Shown here in pieces: positions 16,866 through 28,338 of a stretch of 64,000 nucleotides of DNA. The stretch spans positions 288,001 through 352,000 of the forward strand of contig CBDBKE010000003.1 in the NCBI GenBank assembly GCA_965206645.1, given 5' to 3'. Each line of letters begins with the position of its first letter. Within the stretch, counting starts at the first letter, position 1. Origin of the DNA: Terriglobia bacterium. GTDB taxonomy: Bacteria; Acidobacteriota; Terriglobia; JAJPHL01; JAPKYU01. The position numbers and the translations under genes are program-made. The notes beneath the pieces were generated by a model, which ran no database searches, was not told where the DNA came from, and saw only the letters and a list, made by a program, of their open reading frames with translations.

Positions 16866-18994
16866 ATGAAATTGATGAAAACCTCCCGAATGATGGATTG
16901 GGGTATAAGAATCCTCCTGCTCCTGTTGCTTCTCTTCAGTACCCTTCTCGCCCATAAATCCCCCTTTCTGGAAGGGACAAGCGAATCCCGGCAGCTCGCC
17001 CTGCATTTTCAGGAAGTCGCTCTCGATTCCATGAAGGACAGTACCTCCGACCGGGCCCGAGCGATTGAACTCTATTGGCAAGCCCATCGGATGGCAGGTC
17101 GCGACGTAGCGCCAGACCAGATGCAACGGCTGCTCACGAAACTCTACTCGCAGTTGCCAGGCAGCCGCATTGCCCGCGTAACTCTGAGCCGCTCCGGTTG
17201 GCAGACCCAGGGCCCTGCCGAACCGGTTATTCTTACCCAGGGTAAGCTCTCCCATCATCTGCTGCTGATTCTCGCCAACCAGACCCGAGAGCCGCACCGC
17301 TTCTCGGTGTCAGGAGCCGACGCGGCGGTGGACGTGCTGGGAGAATCTCGATCGCTGGTGGCCGGAGGCTCGACGGGTCTTTTTGTGCGCCTGGCGAGCC
17401 AACGCCTGGGCCGTTTCCGCTCCTCGCTGCGCCTCGAATCCGCCGGCCAAACCGTGGCAGTGCCTATTCATTACGAAGTGCGCCGGTCGGGACGCCTAGT
17501 AGCTCGTCTGTGGGATGCTGAGGGACGCCCCACGGCGGCGCGTATCTTTCTCCGGGCGGCCGGCGGATTCACCCACATTCCGGAGGGGAGCATCGACCGG
17601 GTGATGTGGATTTCGGGGGAACACTTCTTCTACGCGGACGCCGTGGTGCAGGCCGACTTGCCCCAGGGGAAAGCCAGCCTGGAGGTGGTCAAGGGCTTCG
17701 ATTACCTCCCCGTCACCGTCGAAGTGAACATCAAGGCCCAGGAGACCGCCTGGATAGATGTGCGTCTCAAACGGCTAGAAGGGATGAATGCCCAAGGCTG
17801 GTACAGCGGCGATGTGCATATCCACGGTAACTATCGGGGCGATCAGTTCATCACGCCGGAAGATAATTTCCTGATGGTTCGAGCCGAAGACCTGAATGTG
17901 GGCAACATGATGGTGGCCAACTCCGACGGAGCCCAGATTCACGACGAGCAGCATTTTGCGGGCAAGCTGCATGCGCTGTCCAGCCCAGAGCACCTGATGT
18001 ACTGGAACGAAGAGATGCGCAACCGCAGTATGTACGGGCATTTGATTTTGCTGAAGCTGAAGGAACTGGTGCGGCCCATCTATACGGGTTTTCCGGGAAC
18101 CCCGAATTGGGAGGATTACCCTGCCAACTATTATCATGCCCGGAAGGCCCAAGAGCAGGAAGGACACGTAGCCTACTCCCACCCAGCGTTAGTCTTTGAT
18201 GAAATTCCGACTGCATACCGGGCGCAAGAAGCGGTGGTGGATGTTCCTTTGGGACTGGTGGACGCCTTTGAAGTATTTAACAGCCGCGACGAACCCTCCA
18301 TGGCCCTCTGGTACAAATTCCTCAACACAGGTTTCAAGCTGGGCATCGCCGGTGGAAGCGATGCTATGATCAACCACAAATATATCTTTGTGGCCGGCGG
18401 AGTGCGGGCCTATGTCTACACCGGCCCCGAGTTCACCTATGAAAAATGGGTGGACGGCTTCGAGCCTTCGCCACGGTGGGCCCGTTGCTGTCCTTCGAGA
18501 TCGAAGGCCACCTCCCTGGTCAGGAGTTCCGTGTTCCCCAAGGATCGGTCCAGCTTACGGCCAGTGCCCGCGCTGTCTCCTGGATTCCTATGACGAAACT
18601 GGAGATTGTGTCCAACGGGAAAGTCATTGATGCCGTCTCTAGTGAGGTTCCCACAAAGCGGCTGGAGTGGACGGGCGTCATATCAGTGGAGCGCAGTTCC
18701 TGGGTGGCGGCGCGGGTGTGGGGCCCCGAACACCGGCGAATTGCCAACTCACCTTTTGTTTTTGCAGAACGGCGCTCGCCACTGCTGCTTCTAGCCCACA
18801 CCGGCGCCTCCTACGTGCATATCGGGGACTCGCCCATCTTTTCCCCGAAAGATCACGCCTTCCTGCTGCGGTGGATCGACAGTCTGATCGAGCAAGTTAA
18901 AACGCGCGGGCAGTTTGCCACCCAGGACCGCCGACAAGAAGTCATCAAGACCTTCCTGCGGGCCCGAAGGATCTACGAAGTAATGAGAGAATAA
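16866..18994 (+). pseudogene. CehA/McbA-family PHP metallohydrolase, frameshifted near 18460
   Basis: GWYSGDVHIH, YGHL, YSHP and GGSDA motifs; the C-terminus (RAFATVGPLL...WVAAR...AHT) continues in another frame. Confidence 0.8.
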
Positions 18995-19016
18995 AACGAC
19001 GGATAGGAGAGATAAG

Positions 19017-20465
19017 TTGAGAGAGGGGCATTATGCATTCGATGTCATGGCGTTCGGTGTTGCAGGGGTTGGTAGCGTGAAAACGGGACTCAGCCGGCGG
19101 CAGTTGCTAATAGGAATGGGGGCGCTGGCGGTGCGCGACGCCCACGGCCAAGCCCGCGTGCACCGCCAGCCGAAACCGTTGCCGAAGGGCGCGGTGACCA
19201 ACGATTGGCCCGCGTTTCTGGGGCCGTCGCACAATGCGGTGTCGACCGAGACCATGCTGAGACGGAAGCTGCCGCCTCCCCTGGTGTGGGAGTTTCCTAA
19301 GGGGACCGGATACGCGTCGCCGGCCATCGCGGGGAAACGCCTCCTGCTCCTGCATCGCTTGAAGAACGGGGAAATCGTCGAGTGTCTGCACCCGGATACG
19401 GGGTCGAGGCACTGGCAGTTTCGATATGCGACCGCGTACAAGGACCGGTACGGGTATAACAACGGTCCACGGTCGAGCCCGGTCATCGATGGCGAGCGGG
19501 TGTACACGATGGGGGCCGAAGGGAAGCTGCATTGTTTGGAGCTTGGATCGGGGAAGCTGGTTTGGAAACGGAACCTGCCCGCCGACTACAAGGTGCGGCA
19601 GGATTTCTTCGGGACCGCATCGACTCCGTTAGTGGAAGGCAAGCTGCTGATTGTCAACGTGGGCGCCCCGGGTGGGCCGTGCGTGGCTGGGCTGGACAAG
19701 GCAACGGGTCGAGAAGCCTGGCGCGCCGGGAAGCAGTGGGGTCCCAGTTACGCGTCACCAGTTCCGGCGGTGATCCACGGAAAGCGGCGGGTGTTTGTGT
19801 TTGCGGGAGGCGATTCGAATCCGCCAACGGGCGGGCTGCTGTCGATTGACCCGGCGACCGGGAAGGTGGATTTTGTATTCCCATGGCGGAGCCGCAGCTA
19901 TGAGTCGGTCAATGCGTCGTGCCCCGTGGTGTTCGACAACAAGGTGTTCATTTCGGCGAGTTATCGCAAAGGAAGCGCACTTTTGGAGCTGCGGCCGGAC
20001 TTCACGCCCAGGGTGGTGTGGACCAGGAAGGATTTCGGGCTGCACTTCAACACAGCGATTCACCGGGAAGGTTACCTGTACGGGTTTGACGGGCGGAACC
20101 GGCCCGACGCATCGCTGGGGTGCCTGGACGCGGCGAGTGGAAAAGTGGTGTGGAAAGAGACTCCGGAATGGACGGAGACGTTCAAGGTGGGAGGCAAGCA
20201 GCGGAAGGAACTCTTGGGAACGTACCGGGGATCGCTGCTGGCGGCGGACGGGCAATTCCTGTGCCTGGGGGAATTGGGACATCTGCTATGGATGGACCTG
20301 ACACCGAAGGGGTACAAGATGGTATCGAGGGCATGGCTGTTCGGGGCGCGCGAGTCGTGGACGTTCCCGGTGCTCAGCCGGGGCCTGCTGTATGTGGTGC
20401 AGAACACTCGGGACATGCTGTCGGGGGCAGGTCCCCGGCTGCTGTGTTACGACCTGAGGGCGTAG
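19017..20465 (+). CDS. PQQ-binding-like beta-propeller protein, probable Tat substrate (start probably GTG 19077)
   Basis: SRRQLL twin-arginine motif; DWPAFLGP, GYASPAI, GPRSSPVIDG and SYASP. Confidence 0.85.
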   Translation: MREGHYAFDVMAFGVAGVGSVKTGLSRRQLLIGMGALAVRDAHGQARVHRQPKPLPKGAVTNDWPAFLGPSHNAVSTETMLRRKLPPPLVWEFPKGTGYASPAIAGKRLLLLHRLKNGEIVECLHPDTGSRHWQFRYATAYKDRYGYNNGPRSSPVIDGERVYTMGAEGKLHCLELGSGKLVWKRNLPADYKVRQDFFGTASTPLVEGKLLIVNVGAPGGPCVAGLDKATGREAWRAGKQWGPSYASPVPAVIHGKRRVFVFAGGDSNPPTGGLLSIDPATGKVDFVFPWRSRSYESVNASCPVVFDNKVFISASYRKGSALLELRPDFTPRVVWTRKDFGLHFNTAIHREGYLYGFDGRNRPDASLGCLDAASGKVVWKETPEWTETFKVGGKQRKELLGTYRGSLLAADGQFLCLGELGHLLWMDLTPKGYKMVSRAWLFGARESWTFPVLSRGLLYVVQNTRDMLSGAGPRLLCYDLRA

Positions 20466-20601
20466 AGCTAGGCTTGCCAAAGGCCCAACAGACCTGTGAC
20501 CGAGCCCGAGCCGATAGGAAAAGTCCGGCAACCCTTCCACAATTTGGCATGCATGAACGACCCGCTGGCAATCAACTGAGGCGCTCGCTCAAGAAAGAGC
20601 A

Positions 20602-22236
20602 TTGACCACGGAGATGTTCCAAGCCTTGGACTGGGCGGTCGTCGCGCTCTACTTTGCGGTTGTCATGGGCATTGCCGTCCGGGTGATGCGCAAACGGGCA
20701 AAGGACTCGGCCGACTACTTCCTGGCAAGCCGGCATGTGGGCTGGTACGTGATCGGCTCCTCCATCCTTGCCTCCAATGTCGGTTCAGAGCACATCGTGG
20801 GCTTGGCCGGCACCGGAGCAAGCAGCGGCGTGCCACTCGGCCACTACGAGCTCCACTCTTGGTGCGTCTTGCTGTTGGGGTGGGTCTTCGTGCCGTTCTA
20901 CTTGCGCACCCGGGTCTTCACGATGCCTGAGTTCCTGGAGCTCCGCTACACGCCGAAGGCGCGCTGGTTTCTGTCCGTGATCTCGCTTATCGCTTACGTG
21001 CTCACGAAGGTATCGGTCACTGTGTACGCCGGCGCGATTGTCTTCCAATCGCTCATGGGGGTGGAGTTTTGGACCAGCGCGCTCGTGGTCGTGCTGCTCA
21101 CCGGCCTGTACACCATGCTCGGCGGGCTTCGGGCTATCGTGTACACAGATGCGGTGCACGTAGTCGTCCTGATTTTGGGATCGATTACAGTGACGATCGT
21201 GGGCATCGTGGAGGTCGGGGGGTGGGACAACGTGCTGTCGACGGTGGGCAAGGATCACCTCAACATGTGGCCGCCACTCGACTCCAGTTTTCCGTGGCTC
21301 GGCCTCCTGCTCACTGGCTCCATTGTCGGCATTTGGTATTGGTGCACCGATCAGTGCATCGTCCAACGGACACTGGCGGCCAAGGACGAAGCAAACGCCC
21401 GCAGGGGAACGATCTTTGCGGGCTACCTGAAACTTCTCCCATTTTTTATCTTTCTCGTCCCCGGGATCATCGCCTTTGCCCTGAACAAGCAAGGCAAGCT
21501 CCACTATGAGACGGCGGACCAGGTCTTCCCTACAATGGTCAGGACTCTGATCCCGGTGGGCGTGCGGGGACTCATTGCCGGCGGCTTGATCGCGGCACTT
21601 ATGAGCTCGCTGGCTGCGGTGTTTAACGGCTGCTCGACCCTGTTCACCATGGACATCTACAAGAAGCTCCGACCCGAAGCCACCGAGGCGACGCTGGTGC
21701 GCGTGGGACGCATCGCCACGACGGTCGTCGTCGCCTTGGGGATCGCCTGGATTCCGGTTCTAAAGGGGATGTCGGAGGAGAGTTCGCTCTATAAGTACCT
21801 CCAAAACGTACAGGCTTACATTGCTCCGCCGATCACGGCGGTCTTCCTGCTCGGCGTCTTCTTCAAGCGGATCAACGGCAAGGGCGCCCTCTCGGCGCTG
21901 ATCGCCGGCTTCCTTCTGGGCATGAGCAAGCTCGCCGTCGAGGTCTTCCCCGTGGAAGGGGTACCGCTGCTCCATGCCTACGCTAGGATTAACTTCCTAT
22001 ACTTTGCGCCAGTTCTGTTTCTCATCGCCGTCGCCATCATGACCATCGTGAGCCTCCTGACTGAGAACCCATCGGAACAGAGGCTGAGGGGACTGACCTA
22101 CGCCACGACCTTGGCACAGGACAGGGCGCTCTCCAGAGCGAGCTGGAGCAGCAAGGAGGTGATCCACACGGCGATTATCATTTCGGTCATCGTCCTCATA
22201 ATGATCTATTTCTCCCCGCTTGGAGTGGCGGGATAA
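20602..22236 (+). CDS. Sodium:solute symporter (SSS, SGLT-like)
   Basis: DYFLASR, SNVGSEHIVGLAG and WYWCTDQ.IVQR motifs; multiple TM helices. Confidence 0.93.
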   Translation: MTTEMFQALDWAVVALYFAVVMGIAVRVMRKRAKDSADYFLASRHVGWYVIGSSILASNVGSEHIVGLAGTGASSGVPLGHYELHSWCVLLLGWVFVPFYLRTRVFTMPEFLELRYTPKARWFLSVISLIAYVLTKVSVTVYAGAIVFQSLMGVEFWTSALVVVLLTGLYTMLGGLRAIVYTDAVHVVVLILGSITVTIVGIVEVGGWDNVLSTVGKDHLNMWPPLDSSFPWLGLLLTGSIVGIWYWCTDQCIVQRTLAAKDEANARRGTIFAGYLKLLPFFIFLVPGIIAFALNKQGKLHYETADQVFPTMVRTLIPVGVRGLIAGGLIAALMSSLAAVFNGCSTLFTMDIYKKLRPEATEATLVRVGRIATTVVVALGIAWIPVLKGMSEESSLYKYLQNVQAYIAPPITAVFLLGVFFKRINGKGALSALIAGFLLGMSKLAVEVFPVEGVPLLHAYARINFLYFAPVLFLIAVAIMTIVSLLTENPSEQRLRGLTYATTLAQDRALSRASWSSKEVIHTAIIISVIVLIMIYFSPLGVAG

Positions 22237-22659
22237 CATCTCCAGTGAATCCTCGGTGCATTGGTGCATCGAGGGACAGCCGATAGTCGCGCACAACCGT
22301 TCGACAAGGTCCTCCGTTGCGCATGGGACGGCATCGATTCACCTCGGCAGGCTGAACGCTGTCGGTTCGGGCGGGCCCTGACACCTGTAGCCTCTCATTT
22401 CGTTCTGAAGCACAAGTAAACACTAACCAACTAGTGGGGACTTGTTCACTGAACCTGAGGCAAGCGTCCTGTACTCAGAGACTTGGACCGAGGCGAAGCA
22501 GGCGACTGCACGTCGATGGTGGCGGTGTTGCTTTGGGAGCCCTCCTGGGTCTACTCTACCTACCTCGGCGGCATCGGCTTCGAGGTTGGCAGATGTAGAA
22601 TTTTCGCTGGGGCAAATCCAAATCGGAAATCGCGAGCAAACTATCGGAGGAGGCGAACG

Positions 22660-23319
22660 ATGTCCTTACGCATAAACGACGAAGCACCTAATTTCACCAC
22701 CGAAACCACCCAGGGTACGATCAACTTTCATGAATGGATTGGCGACGGCTGGGCGATCTTGTTTTCACACCCGAAAGACTTTACTCCGGTGTGCACTACG
22801 GAACTGGGCTATATGGCAGGCCTCCAACCCGAATTCGAGAAGCGAAACTGCAAGATCATCGGGTTGAGCGTGGACCCGGTGAACAATCACAGCAAGTGGG
22901 CAGCGGACATTGAGGAGACTCAGGGCCACAAGGTGACCTACCCGATGATCGGCGACCCGGGACTCAAAGTCGCCAAGCTTTATGGGATGCTGCCGGCCCA
23001 AACCGGGAATACCTCTGAGGGCCGTACCGCGGCGGACAATGCCACCGTGCGCACGGTGTTCGTGATCGGTCCAGACAGGAAGATCAAGCTGATGCTCAGC
23101 TACCCGATGAGCACCGGCCGTAACTTTGACGAAGTACTGCGGGTCCTTGATTCGATGCAGCTCACGGCCAGGCACAAAGTTGCCACACCGGTGAACTGGA
23201 AGCAGGGCGATGATGTCATCATCCTGCCGTCGGTGTCGGACGAGGACGCGAAACAGAAATTCGCCGGCGGCTGGAAGGCGCCCAAGCCTTATCTTCGCAT
23301 CGTCCCTCAGCCGAAGTAG
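22660..23319 (+). CDS. 1-Cys peroxiredoxin (Prx6)
   Basis: FSHPKDFTPVCTTE, GRNFDE and ATPVNW; GGAGG RBS before ATG 22660. Confidence 0.95.
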   Translation: MSLRINDEAPNFTTETTQGTINFHEWIGDGWAILFSHPKDFTPVCTTELGYMAGLQPEFEKRNCKIIGLSVDPVNNHSKWAADIEETQGHKVTYPMIGDPGLKVAKLYGMLPAQTGNTSEGRTAADNATVRTVFVIGPDRKIKLMLSYPMSTGRNFDEVLRVLDSMQLTARHKVATPVNWKQGDDVIILPSVSDEDAKQKFAGGWKAPKPYLRIVPQPK

Positions 23320-23498
23320 CTTAAGTTTTGGCGCCGCGACTGCTCGACCTTGAGAGCCGATTCCACTCGTCTGAGTTTCCGAGAAGGTTACACTAACCCG
23401 GCGTGCTTCGTGGTCATGCGTCGGCTTGCTGTGGGTGTCTTATCGTGCACGCAGTAGGCCGAAATCGGAAATTCCCCTTCTAATCGGAAGGAGAGGTC

Positions 23499-26423
23499 AT
23501 GATCCTCAAGCAGTATTATCTCGGCTGTCTCGCCCATGCTTCTTATTTACTAGGTGATGAGGGGAGCCGGACGGCGGTCATCGTTGATCCTCAGCGTGAT
23601 ATTGACCAATATCTGGCAGAGGCCGCGGAGCAACAGCTGAAGATCAGTCACGTTATCCTTACCCATCTGCACGCCAACTTCCTCGCGGGGCATGTGGAGC
23701 TGAGGGAACGTGCCGGGGCCAAAATCTGCCTGGGCTCCCAAGCGAAGGCCGAATACGAGTTCATCGGTTTCAAAGATGGCGACAGTTTGGAATTTGGAAC
23801 GCTAAGACTGAGTATCCTCGAGACACCCGGTCACTCACCGGAATCTATGTCGATAGTTGTTTACGATCTAATCTCAGACTCTCAGAAACCGTGCGCGGTC
23901 CTCACCGGTGACACACTCTTTATCGGCGATGTGGGTCGCCCGGATTTGAGGATGTCCCTTGGGTTTTCGGCACAACAGCTCGCTGGATTGCTCTACGATT
24001 CGCTGCACCAGAAACTGATGAAACTGCCGGATGAAACACTGGTTTATCCGGCGCACGGGGCCGGATCTTTATGTGGAAGGCAATTGAGCACCGAAACCGT
24101 ATCCACGATTGGCGCCCAGCGCCAGTACAACTACGCGCTACAACCCATGAGTAAGAAGGAGTTCGTACAACTGGTCACCGCTGAACAGCCTGACGCTCCG
24201 TCCTACTTCACTTATGACGTGATCCTCAACGCGAAAGAGCGGCCAACTCTGGAGGAGAGTCTAGAGCAGCATTTGAGACCGATCAAGTTGCCCCAATTCC
24301 TCGAAATGGCCAACTCCGGAGCACAAGTTGTAGATGTGCGCGATCCGACTGAATTCTCAGGCGGTCACCTTGCCGGCAGCATAAACATCGGCCTGGCCGG
24401 GCAGTTTGCGAGCTGGGCCGGCACGTTGCTCGACATGCAGAAGGCAATCATGATCATTACTTCGCCCGGATCCGAAAAGGAGGCAGCGATGCGCCTCGGT
24501 CGCATCGGCTTCGACCACTTGGCTGGCTATCTGAAGGGCGGCATGGAGGCCGTTCGCTCGTATCCCGAACTCGTTCAAAGTGTCACCCGGTTGACGGCAA
24601 CGACACTCGCCGAACAACTGGCCTGCGAGACTCCGCCTCTGGTTGTGGACGTTCGCAACGACAAGGAGAGACAGGAAAAGCGGATCGAAGGGAGCTTTCA
24701 CATTCCTTTGACCCGTCTGCGAGAACGAATCGGGGAGCTGCCCCGTGACAAGAATCTGGTTGTCCACTGTGCAGGAGGCTACCGTTCCTCCATGGCTGCG
24801 AGCTTGCTTCGACAGTTTGGGATCAAGGATGTGTGCGACCTGCTTGGCGGGATTACTGCATGGGAGAAATCAGGGTTCGAGATCCTAGAAGGTGGGACAG
24901 CCCAAGCGAGCAAGCTTATGAGACCTACCGAATATTCCGAAAGGACTCTTGAATTGGCAGGCTGGCCTGACCTGCCTGGCGATTTCCGGACCAGCTGAAG
25001 CCTGAGAGAATGGCGCCCTCGGAGAAACGAGGGAGCCATGAAGAAGACCCGGTTTACCGAAGAGCAGATGGTGACGATCCTCCGCGAGGCCGATCAGCGG
25101 CCCGTTCCGGAGGTGGCCAAAAAGAACGGCGTCAGCGCCCAGACGCTCTACGCCTGGCGGAAACACTTCGGCACGTTGGAGCCCGCCGATGTGAAGCGGC
25201 TGCGGCAGCTCGAGCAGGAGAACGGCCGGCTGAAAAAGATGGTGGCCGATCGAGATCTGGAGATCGACGTGCTCAAGGAGATCACCCGAAAAAAATGGTA
25301 GGCGCACGCGTGCGCCGGCCGCAGGTCGCGTATGCACGTGCACGCGGTCTGTCGGGTCGCCGCGCGTGCGCCTTGCTCTCCGTCGCACGGTCCACGCTGG
25401 GCTACCAGTCGCGGCTGGTCGACCGGGATGCCCCGGCGCTGGCCGCGATGCGTCGTCTGGCGGCGCAGTATCCGCGGTACGGCTATCGCCGGATTCGGAT
25501 TTTCCTAAAACGCGAAGGGCACACGATGAGCACGGACCGGACCCATCGCCTCTGGCGCCAGGCGGGGTTGCAGGTGCCTCGGCGGCGGCCGCGGCGCCGG
25601 GTCGCCCTGAGCCGGCCCCGCCCGGTGCCCGCCACTGCGGTCAATCACGTCTGGGCGTACGACTTCGTGTTCGACACCTGCGCGAATGGGCAGACGCTCA
25701 AGTGCCTCACCGTCGTCGACGAATGGACCCGCGAGTCACTCGCGATCGACGTGGCCGGCGGCATTCGGTCCGGGCGCGTTATCGAGGTGCTCACGCAGCT
25801 CGTGAGCGTCCACGGAGCCCCACGTTACCTCCGGTCCGACAACGGCCCCGAGTTTGTCGCGGGTGCGATTCTCCGGTGGCTGCTCCAGGCGCAGATCGAA
25901 ACCGCGCTCATCGAGCCGGGCAAGCCGTGGCAGAATGCGACCGACGAATCGTTCAACGGGAAGTTCCGCGACGAGTATCTGAGCCTGCAGTGGTTTCGGA
26001 ACCGCGTGGACGCGAAGGTGGGGATCGAGCAATGGCGACGGCACTACAACGACGTGCGACCGCACTCGAGCCTTGGCTATCTGACGCCAGCCGAGTTCAA
26101 AGCGCAGCTCCGTGCTGGCTCGGATGACGGTGGGCGCTCGCCGGCGATGCCGGCTCACGCTGACCAAGAAGAACACGAGAGCGACTTAACCATGCCGACT
26201 GGCGCTGTTCTCCAGTAATCGGTGGTCCGAAGAAAGCCGGCAGGTCAGGCCAGCAAGGCTTACCTCTTACAAGCTAGGAGACAGGTGCTATTGCAAGGCC
26301 GACAATGTGGACCCAGGAGCATGTTTAACGCGGACCGATGGTTCCACCAAAGAAGAGGCCGAGAAACGAGCTATTGAAAGGGCTGAGAAGTATCTTTCCC
26401 GAACCAAGAGGTTGTCGGCCTAG
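23499..26423 (+). CDS. MBL-fold plus two rhodanese domains (persulfide dioxygenase/sulfurtransferase-like); C-terminal domain split by IS3 at 24968
   Basis: THLHAN, TPGHSPE, LTGDTLFIGDVGRPDL, YPAHGAGSLCG and HCAGGYRS. The frame currently stops at 24998 inside the IS; removing the IS restores it to TAG 26421-26423. Confidence 0.85.
24968..26247 (+). mobile_element. IS3-family element type B, copy 2 (1280 bp; orfA 25038-25301, orfB 25295-26218)
   Basis: Near-identical to 2579-3858 in the opposite orientation; 4-bp target duplication GGCC. Confidence 0.95.
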
Positions 26424-26531
26424 ATTGCTTTGCTGAATTGCCAAAGCCCTCTTGACCAACGCAAACACCCCTCCCCACAAGCCAGCTCGCGTTGACTTGT
26501 CTTCAGGTACGGGCTAGGAAAGCTTAGACGC

Positions 26532-28067
26532 CTAGAAGATCACCTGCATCCGGCTCAGAAAGCTGAAGTGGTCCCGCTTGCCAGAGGTCGGCGCACGGCC
26601 GGGGTCCCTGAAGCGCTCCAGAACGAAGTTCGACTGGTAGCGAACAAACTTGGTCAGCCACCAGTTGAGGCCGAAGGTGTAGGCCTCGTGTCGGTTGGGA
26701 TTGAACGCATCGTGCATTTGCAGGTTCTCATAGCGGAAGGCCAGTTCCCAGGCGCCGAGACCGCCTTTGTCTCCCAGAAAGGCCGACCGGGGGCTGATTC
26801 CCCGCCGCCTTTTTCCCTCGCCAGTCAGCAGATAACTCGCCTGCAGCAGATACCCCTTGCCAACCACACCAGGCAGGTTCCCGCTGCCGGCGTCGAGCCC
26901 TTCCCGGAACTGGTTTGTCTGGACGTACTCGCCCCGCAAGGAAAAGTTGCGATGATTCCACCAGAACTCCCCGTTGGAGCGCTGGACCTTGCCGTTCACC
27001 GCCACCCGGTCGAAGAAGGTGATGCTGCGGCTGGCGGTGCGCCCGCGGAAGCTCCCTACGCCCTCGTTGCGTCCTTGCGACACGGCACCGCCAAAACTGA
27101 AGTTCTTCAGGATTGTGACCCCTCCTTTCTTGAAGGGGGTGAAGCGCAAGCGCAAGAACGTCTCGGGCGTCGCGTTCGTCGCCCTCAACAGCTCGCCGCG
27201 CCCGTTGAAGGCGCCGAGGTAGTACTGGAAAACACCATCGGTTACTTTCCCGTGGATCATCAGACCTTGACTGCGACCCGGCGCCAGGTTGTTGACGCTG
27301 GAGCGCTCGACAAAATCCATGTATTTCGACGATTGCGATTGCTCCTGGCTGAAGGGGGCCTTGAACTGCCCAAACTTGACCTGGAAAGGCTTGATGTAGT
27401 TGATGTTCAGGAACCCATCGCGCAGCAGCGTGGTGCCGACCTCTGCGAAGTCGGCCTGCACCTTGTACTCATAGTGTTTAAACAATTGCCCCTCCGCCTC
27501 CAGCCGCGCCCGGCGGATTAAAAACATCCCTGGCGGGGTGACCTCCCCGGTGTGGCTACGCCAGTCGAACTGCATGCGTCCGCCGAATTGCATGTAGAAG
27601 GTGCCGTCGGCGTTGCGGATATAGGGGTGGCTGCCGGTCCATCCAGCGGTGAGCGGCGAGGCCTTCTCTTGCCCGTGTTGAGTTTCCGCAGGCTTTTGCA
27701 CGTCGGACCGTACTGGCACGAGCGACTGGGCCAGGGCATTCACCTCCCCGGATGTGCGGTTCATCTCTTCCTGGGCGGTTACGCCGCGCTCGAGTGGTTC
27801 TGAGGCCGAGGCCGAGCGCGGCTCCGACGCGGAGTGGGTTCGCTGCTCGGCCAACTGTTGTTGCAGGGCTCGCAGCAGGCGTTCTTGGTCTTTCAGCATG
27901 CGTTCCAGTTCCAGGATACGGACCTGATGTTCTTCCAGCTTCCTCCGGACGTCATTGTAGGAAAATGTTTGAGCCTCCGCGTCGCGCTCACCGGCGCGTG
28001 CTGTCCCCGCCAAAAGAAAAGCCGCGAGCAGGCAAGTTGCCGCACGGCGAGCGAATGCAAACGTCAT
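26532..28067 (-). CDS. OprO/OprP-family porin with N-terminal coiled coil
   Basis: Signal peptide; GRMQFD, IRRARL, KFGQFKAPFSQE, GAWELAFRY, GLNWW and terminal Phe. Confidence 0.88.
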   Translation of the reverse strand: MTFAFARRAATCLLAAFLLAGTARAGERDAEAQTFSYNDVRRKLEEHQVRILELERMLKDQERLLRALQQQLAEQRTHSASEPRSASASEPLERGVTAQEEMNRTSGEVNALAQSLVPVRSDVQKPAETQHGQEKASPLTAGWTGSHPYIRNADGTFYMQFGGRMQFDWRSHTGEVTPPGMFLIRRARLEAEGQLFKHYEYKVQADFAEVGTTLLRDGFLNINYIKPFQVKFGQFKAPFSQEQSQSSKYMDFVERSSVNNLAPGRSQGLMIHGKVTDGVFQYYLGAFNGRGELLRATNATPETFLRLRFTPFKKGGVTILKNFSFGGAVSQGRNEGVGSFRGRTASRSITFFDRVAVNGKVQRSNGEFWWNHRNFSLRGEYVQTNQFREGLDAGSGNLPGVVGKGYLLQASYLLTGEGKRRRGISPRSAFLGDKGGLGAWELAFRYENLQMHDAFNPNRHEAYTFGLNWWLTKFVRYQSNFVLERFRDPGRAPTSGKRDHFSFLSRMQVIF

Positions 28068-28338
28068 AAAGTTTCCTCCGGCGATTTTCTATACCAGGAC
28101 GTAATTGTAGACTTGAAGAGTTGGAAAGTTACCTATGCTCTTGGCCGGGAGGCCCGAAGCTCGAACCTGGAAAGGAACCGCCTCTGAATGCTCTGGGACA
28201 ACCCATCTACGATCAAAGCCAGCCCTTTGCCCCGACCGAACACCGGTGCGACCACAGAAGCAAACAACCACCGGCAGACAGGCCGTTCTCGTCACCGTGA
28301 TGATGATGCGGAGACCTTCGGTCGATCCACCGATTCCT

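Noticed and set aside
22483-22659. N-terminal extension of the peroxiredoxin
   Set aside because: The RBS and family N-terminus indicate ATG 22660; the upstream frame is an SBBP relic
2579-26247. Inversion between the two opposed IS3-B copies
   Set aside because: Each copy keeps its own matching target duplication (CTCC and GGCC), so the current arrangement is not recombined
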